Assembly (NCBI GenBank): GCA_040218735.1
Contig: JAVJQW010000046.1
Coordinates: 32,001 to 96,000, forward strand
Source of the DNA: Deltaproteobacteria bacterium
GTDB taxonomy: Bacteria; Myxococcota; Kuafuiibacteriia; Kuafuiibacteriales; Kuafuiibacteriaceae
Length of the DNA stretch: 64,000 nucleotides
Direction of reading: 5' to 3'
Positions 60,716 to 64,000 of the stretch are shown in pieces; the first letter of the stretch is position 1; every line of letters starts with the position of its first letter. The position numbers and the translations under genes were made by a program. The notes under the pieces were generated by a model that searched no databases, was not told the origin of the DNA, and worked only from the letters and a program-made list of their open reading frames with translations.

Positions 60716-62776
60716 ATGGACGGTCCGGTCGATCTCGATCCGCGCGACGCGGTCGAGCGGCTCGCTGCGTCCGCCGAACAGAGGCTCGCGCAGTGGGAGA
60801 GCGACCTCGCGACCGGCGAGGCGACCTGGTCGCCCGCGATGTTCGAGATTCTCGATTATCACCCTGAGCAGATCGGCCCCAGTCGAGAGGCACTCCTGTC
60901 GCGTGTGCACACGCAGGACCGGCCGCGCGTCCAGGCCCTTCTCGAGGCGGGTGCGCCGACCACGAACCCCGCGCACTGCGACTGTCGGATCGTCCTCGGC
61001 GACGGACGTACGCGTTACGTCTCGATCGAAGTCTTCGTCGCCGAGAACGACGCGAGCCCGGCGCACCTGTTCGGGCTCATTCACGACGAAACGCATCTGC
61101 ACCACGCGCGGCTCGAGCTTCAGCGCACCGCCACCCGACTCGGTCGCCTGAATCGCCTCGGACGGGACGTCTCCTACGACGTCGAGCTGCAAGACATCTT
61201 GCGAGCGGTCGACGAAGCGCTCTCGGATCTCGTGCAGCCGGATCGTCTCTCGGTCGGTCTCCTCGTGGACGGCGACGACGCACAGCAGGAGCTCATCGCG
61301 TTCCGCGGGGACACGGGCGCGTATCGTCGGGGGGCTCGCGTACGCGTGCTGGACGTCCACCAACCCCTCTTCGAAGGTCGCCCGTTCGTCGAAGTGCGCT
61401 ACGACGACAGCGGTGAGCCGGCGGTACGGGACCTGTCCGACCAAGGGTACGTCGTCGGTTACAGCGTCGCGCTCCGTAGCGGCTCGGTGCTGATCGGCTT
61501 CCTCCACGCGGGGTGGAAGCGCGAGGTCGACGCCACGGACGAGCTCCTCGCGACGCTCGGCGCCGTCGCCGATCAGGTCGCACCGTCCGTCGCGCACGCC
61601 CTCGCGGTGCGGCGCGCGCGGGACGAGGAGGCGCGGCTTCGACAGCGGCAGAAGCTCGAGGCCGTCGGCCGCCTCGCGGCCGGCGTGGCGCACGACTTCA
61701 ACAATCTCCTGACGGTCGTCATGACCGCTTGCTCCGTGCTGCAGGAGCGACTCCCCGACGATCCGGATCTGGCGGCGATCGGTACGGCCGCCGACCGCGC
61801 GGCGGCGCTCACGCGACAGCTGATGGCGTTCGGTGGCCAGCAGGTCCTCGTGTCGGAGTCGATGAACCTCGACCAGGTCGTGACGTCGATGCGCGCCCGG
61901 TTGGAGCGCAAGCTCGGCGACGCCATCGAGGTGCGGTTGTTACACACGGAAGAGGACACGACCATTCGGGCGGACCGGTCGTCGATCGAGCAGGTGATCA
62001 CGAACCTGGTGGTGAACGCTCGGGACGCGATGCCCGAGGGGGGCTCGCTGGAGCTGCGTACCGGGCGACGGACGCTCGACGTCGCCGCGGCGGAGGCCGC
62101 GAACGTGGCACCCGGGGACTACGTAACGCTCGACATCGCGGACACGGGACAAGGGATGGACGCGGAGTCGACCGGCCGGGTCTTCGACCCGTTCTTCTCG
62201 ACGAAGACGAGAGCCGACGGTGGTGCGTCGGGGCTCGGGCTGGCGACGGTCTACGGGATCGTGATGCAGAGCCTGGGATTCATCGAGGTCGAGTCGACAC
62301 CCGGCGCGGGGACCAAGTTCACGGTCGCGTTCCCCCGCGCGGACCCGCCGTCGACCTCGGCGTCTGCGCCGTCTCCGGTCGCAGACGCGCGCACGGGCCG
62401 AACGGTCTTGCTCGCGGAGGATCAGGATCAGGTTCGCCGCCTCGTCGCGCGCGTGCTCGTCCGCATGGGTTGGGAGGTGCTGACGGCCGAGGACGGTGAC
62501 CATGCGTTGCGCGTCGCCGCCGAGCACCGCGGCGCGTTCGAGCTCCTCATCACCGACATCCAGATGCCGGGTAGGAGCGGTGTGGAGCTCGCGACGCAGC
62601 TCCTCGCGGAGCGGCCCGATCTGCCCGTCCTGTTCATGTCCGGGCACACGATGGACGACGCCCTTCAGCCGCTCCTCGCCGATGGGCATCGTTTTCTTCA
62701 GAAGCCGTTCTTGCCGTCCGACCTCCGCGCCGCCATCGCGGCGCTCGTTCAACCGGCGAGGCGCGCGCCCGAGTAG
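60716..62776 (+). CDS. Hybrid sensor histidine kinase (PAS-GAF-HisKA-HATPase-REC)
   Basis: AHDFNNLL H-box, NLVVNARDA, DTGQGM, FDPFFSTK, GLGLA; receiver LLAEDQ..LITDIQMP..MSG..KPF. Confidence 0.95.
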   Translation: MDGPVDLDPRDAVERLAASAEQRLAQWESDLATGEATWSPAMFEILDYHPEQIGPSREALLSRVHTQDRPRVQALLEAGAPTTNPAHCDCRIVLGDGRTRYVSIEVFVAENDASPAHLFGLIHDETHLHHARLELQRTATRLGRLNRLGRDVSYDVELQDILRAVDEALSDLVQPDRLSVGLLVDGDDAQQELIAFRGDTGAYRRGARVRVLDVHQPLFEGRPFVEVRYDDSGEPAVRDLSDQGYVVGYSVALRSGSVLIGFLHAGWKREVDATDELLATLGAVADQVAPSVAHALAVRRARDEEARLRQRQKLEAVGRLAAGVAHDFNNLLTVVMTACSVLQERLPDDPDLAAIGTAADRAAALTRQLMAFGGQQVLVSESMNLDQVVTSMRARLERKLGDAIEVRLLHTEEDTTIRADRSSIEQVITNLVVNARDAMPEGGSLELRTGRRTLDVAAAEAANVAPGDYVTLDIADTGQGMDAESTGRVFDPFFSTKTRADGGASGLGLATVYGIVMQSLGFIEVESTPGAGTKFTVAFPRADPPSTSASAPSPVADARTGRTVLLAEDQDQVRRLVARVLVRMGWEVLTAEDGDHALRVAAEHRGAFELLITDIQMPGRSGVELATQLLAERPDLPVLFMSGHTMDDALQPLLADGHRFLQKPFLPSDLRAAIAALVQPARRAPE

Positions 62777-64000
62777 TCCAGGAAGTCGGCGCTCGGGAGG
62801 GGCTTCGCGAAGTAGTAGCCCTGCACGAGGTCACACTCGAGCTCGCCGAGGAACGCGAGCTCCTCTGCCGTCTCGACGCCCTCCGCGACGACCTGAATCC
62901 GCAGGCTCTTCGACATGGCGATGATCGCACGAACGATCGCGCCGCGGTCGGCGTGCTCCTGGACGTCCGTGATGAACGCGCGGTCGATCTTCAACGTGTC
63001 GACCGAGAAGCGCGTCAGGTAGCTGAGTGAAGAGAAGCCGGTGCCGAAGTCGTCGAGCGCGATTCGGCATCCGAGCGCACGCAGGTCGCCGAGGATCTCG
63101 ACGGCCGCGGCACTGTCGTTCATGAGGGTGCGCTCGGTGAGCTCCAGCTCCAGGAGCTCGGGCGGCAACCCGGTGCGTTCGAGGGTCGATCGCACGACGT
63201 CGACGAAGCCGGACTCCGAGAACTGCTCGGCCGAGATGTTCACGGCCATGCAGAGGTTCGGCAGCCCGAGGCTCCGCCATCGCACCGCCTCTTCGCACGA
63301 GCGTTCGAGGACCCACTTGTCGATGCGCGTGATGAGGCCGGCGTCCTCTGCGACGGGGATGAAGTCCGCCGGGCTCACGAACCCGAGCTCGGGATCGATC
63401 CACCTGAGCAAAGCCTCTCCGCCGCGTACGCGCTGATCGCCGATGCCGATCTTGGGTTGGAAGACGAGCTTGAAGCCGCCCTCGTCGATCGTCTCGCGGA
63501 GCCGACCTTCAATCGTGAGGCGTTTGGTGCGCTCCGCGTCGAAGCGGTCGTCGTAGAACGCGAGTGAGCCACGGCCCTTGGCCTTCGCTTCGCCGAGCGC
63601 GATCGCCGCCGACTCGAGCAAGCTGTCGGCGTCGTGTCCGTCGCCGGGGAACACGCTGATGCCAAGGCTGCTCGACAGGTAGATCGACTTCCCGAAGACC
63701 GGGTACTGCGCCATGACCTCGGCGCGGATTTGCTCGGCAATCGCCGCGATCTCTTGGGCGCCGCGAACCTTCGGGAGGATGGCGACGAACCCGACGCGAC
63801 CACTGCGACCGAGCAAGCCAGGCGCCGTGGCGGACGTTTCGTGCCGACGCAGCGCCGTTCCGAGTCGCTCCGCGTAGATGCGGAGGAGCTCGTCGCCGTT
63901 TTTGTGCCCGAGGGAGTCGTTCACGCGTTTGAACTGATCCGGATCGATCGCGATGACCGCGACGTTCTCGACGTCGTCGCGCGCGTTGTCGATGTACCGC
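62749..64000 (-). CDS. EAL phosphodiesterase with degenerate GGDEF domain (5' end outside the window)
   Basis: NDSLGHKNGDELL, GGDEF position reads SGRVG; EALLRW, ELELTE, DDFGTGFSSL, LKID, AEGVET, QGYY. Confidence 0.93.
   Translation of the reverse strand, partial: RYIDNARDDVENVAVIAIDPDQFKRVNDSLGHKNGDELLRIYAERLGTALRRHETSATAPGLLGRSGRVGFVAILPKVRGAQEIAAIAEQIRAEVMAQYPVFGKSIYLSSSLGISVFPGDGHDADSLLESAAIALGEAKAKGRGSLAFYDDRFDAERTKRLTIEGRLRETIDEGGFKLVFQPKIGIGDQRVRGGEALLRWIDPELGFVSPADFIPVAEDAGLITRIDKWVLERSCEEAVRWRSLGLPNLCMAVNISAEQFSESGFVDVVRSTLERTGLPPELLELELTERTLMNDSAAAVEILGDLRALGCRIALDDFGTGFSSLSYLTRFSVDTLKIDRAFITDVQEHADRGAIVRAIIAMSKSLRIQVVAEGVETAEELAFLGELECDLVQGYYFAKPLPSADFLDYSGARLAG

Overview
A very GC-rich, gene-dense bacterial chromosome segment with about 45 CDSs. 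The content is typical of Myxococcota: four Hanks-type Ser/Thr kinases, an FHA-sigma54 activator, a MYXO-CTERM-like sorting signal, many lipoproteins with RD(A/G)G linkers, and DUF4388- and DUF6982-like proteins. Housekeeping genes are recC-recB, recD-rsmE, lysC, ligA, glgP and an RraA-family gene. I saw no rRNA, tRNA, CRISPR array, transposase or integrase. Main points for follow-up: (1) a 1670-aa Cys-rich lipoprotein whose C-terminal third resembles the channel and TcB-binding end of a Tc toxin A subunit, with no TcB/TcC partner in the window and flanked by kinases and an FHA-sigma54 activator; (2) an orphan minus-strand structured RNA/small ORF with its own terminator beside rraA; (3) recBCD split by an antisense repeat lipoprotein; (4) a triple-tandem cytochrome P460/c'-beta lipoprotein with Met at the cross-link position; (5) a TsdA/SoxA-like diheme lipoprotein; (6) a voltage-sensor/RCK channel without the TVGYG filter; (7) a LigA with a duplicated Ia subdomain. 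All family calls come from recognising motifs by eye; no database searches were run. Several start codons were moved downstream of the ORF-track start.
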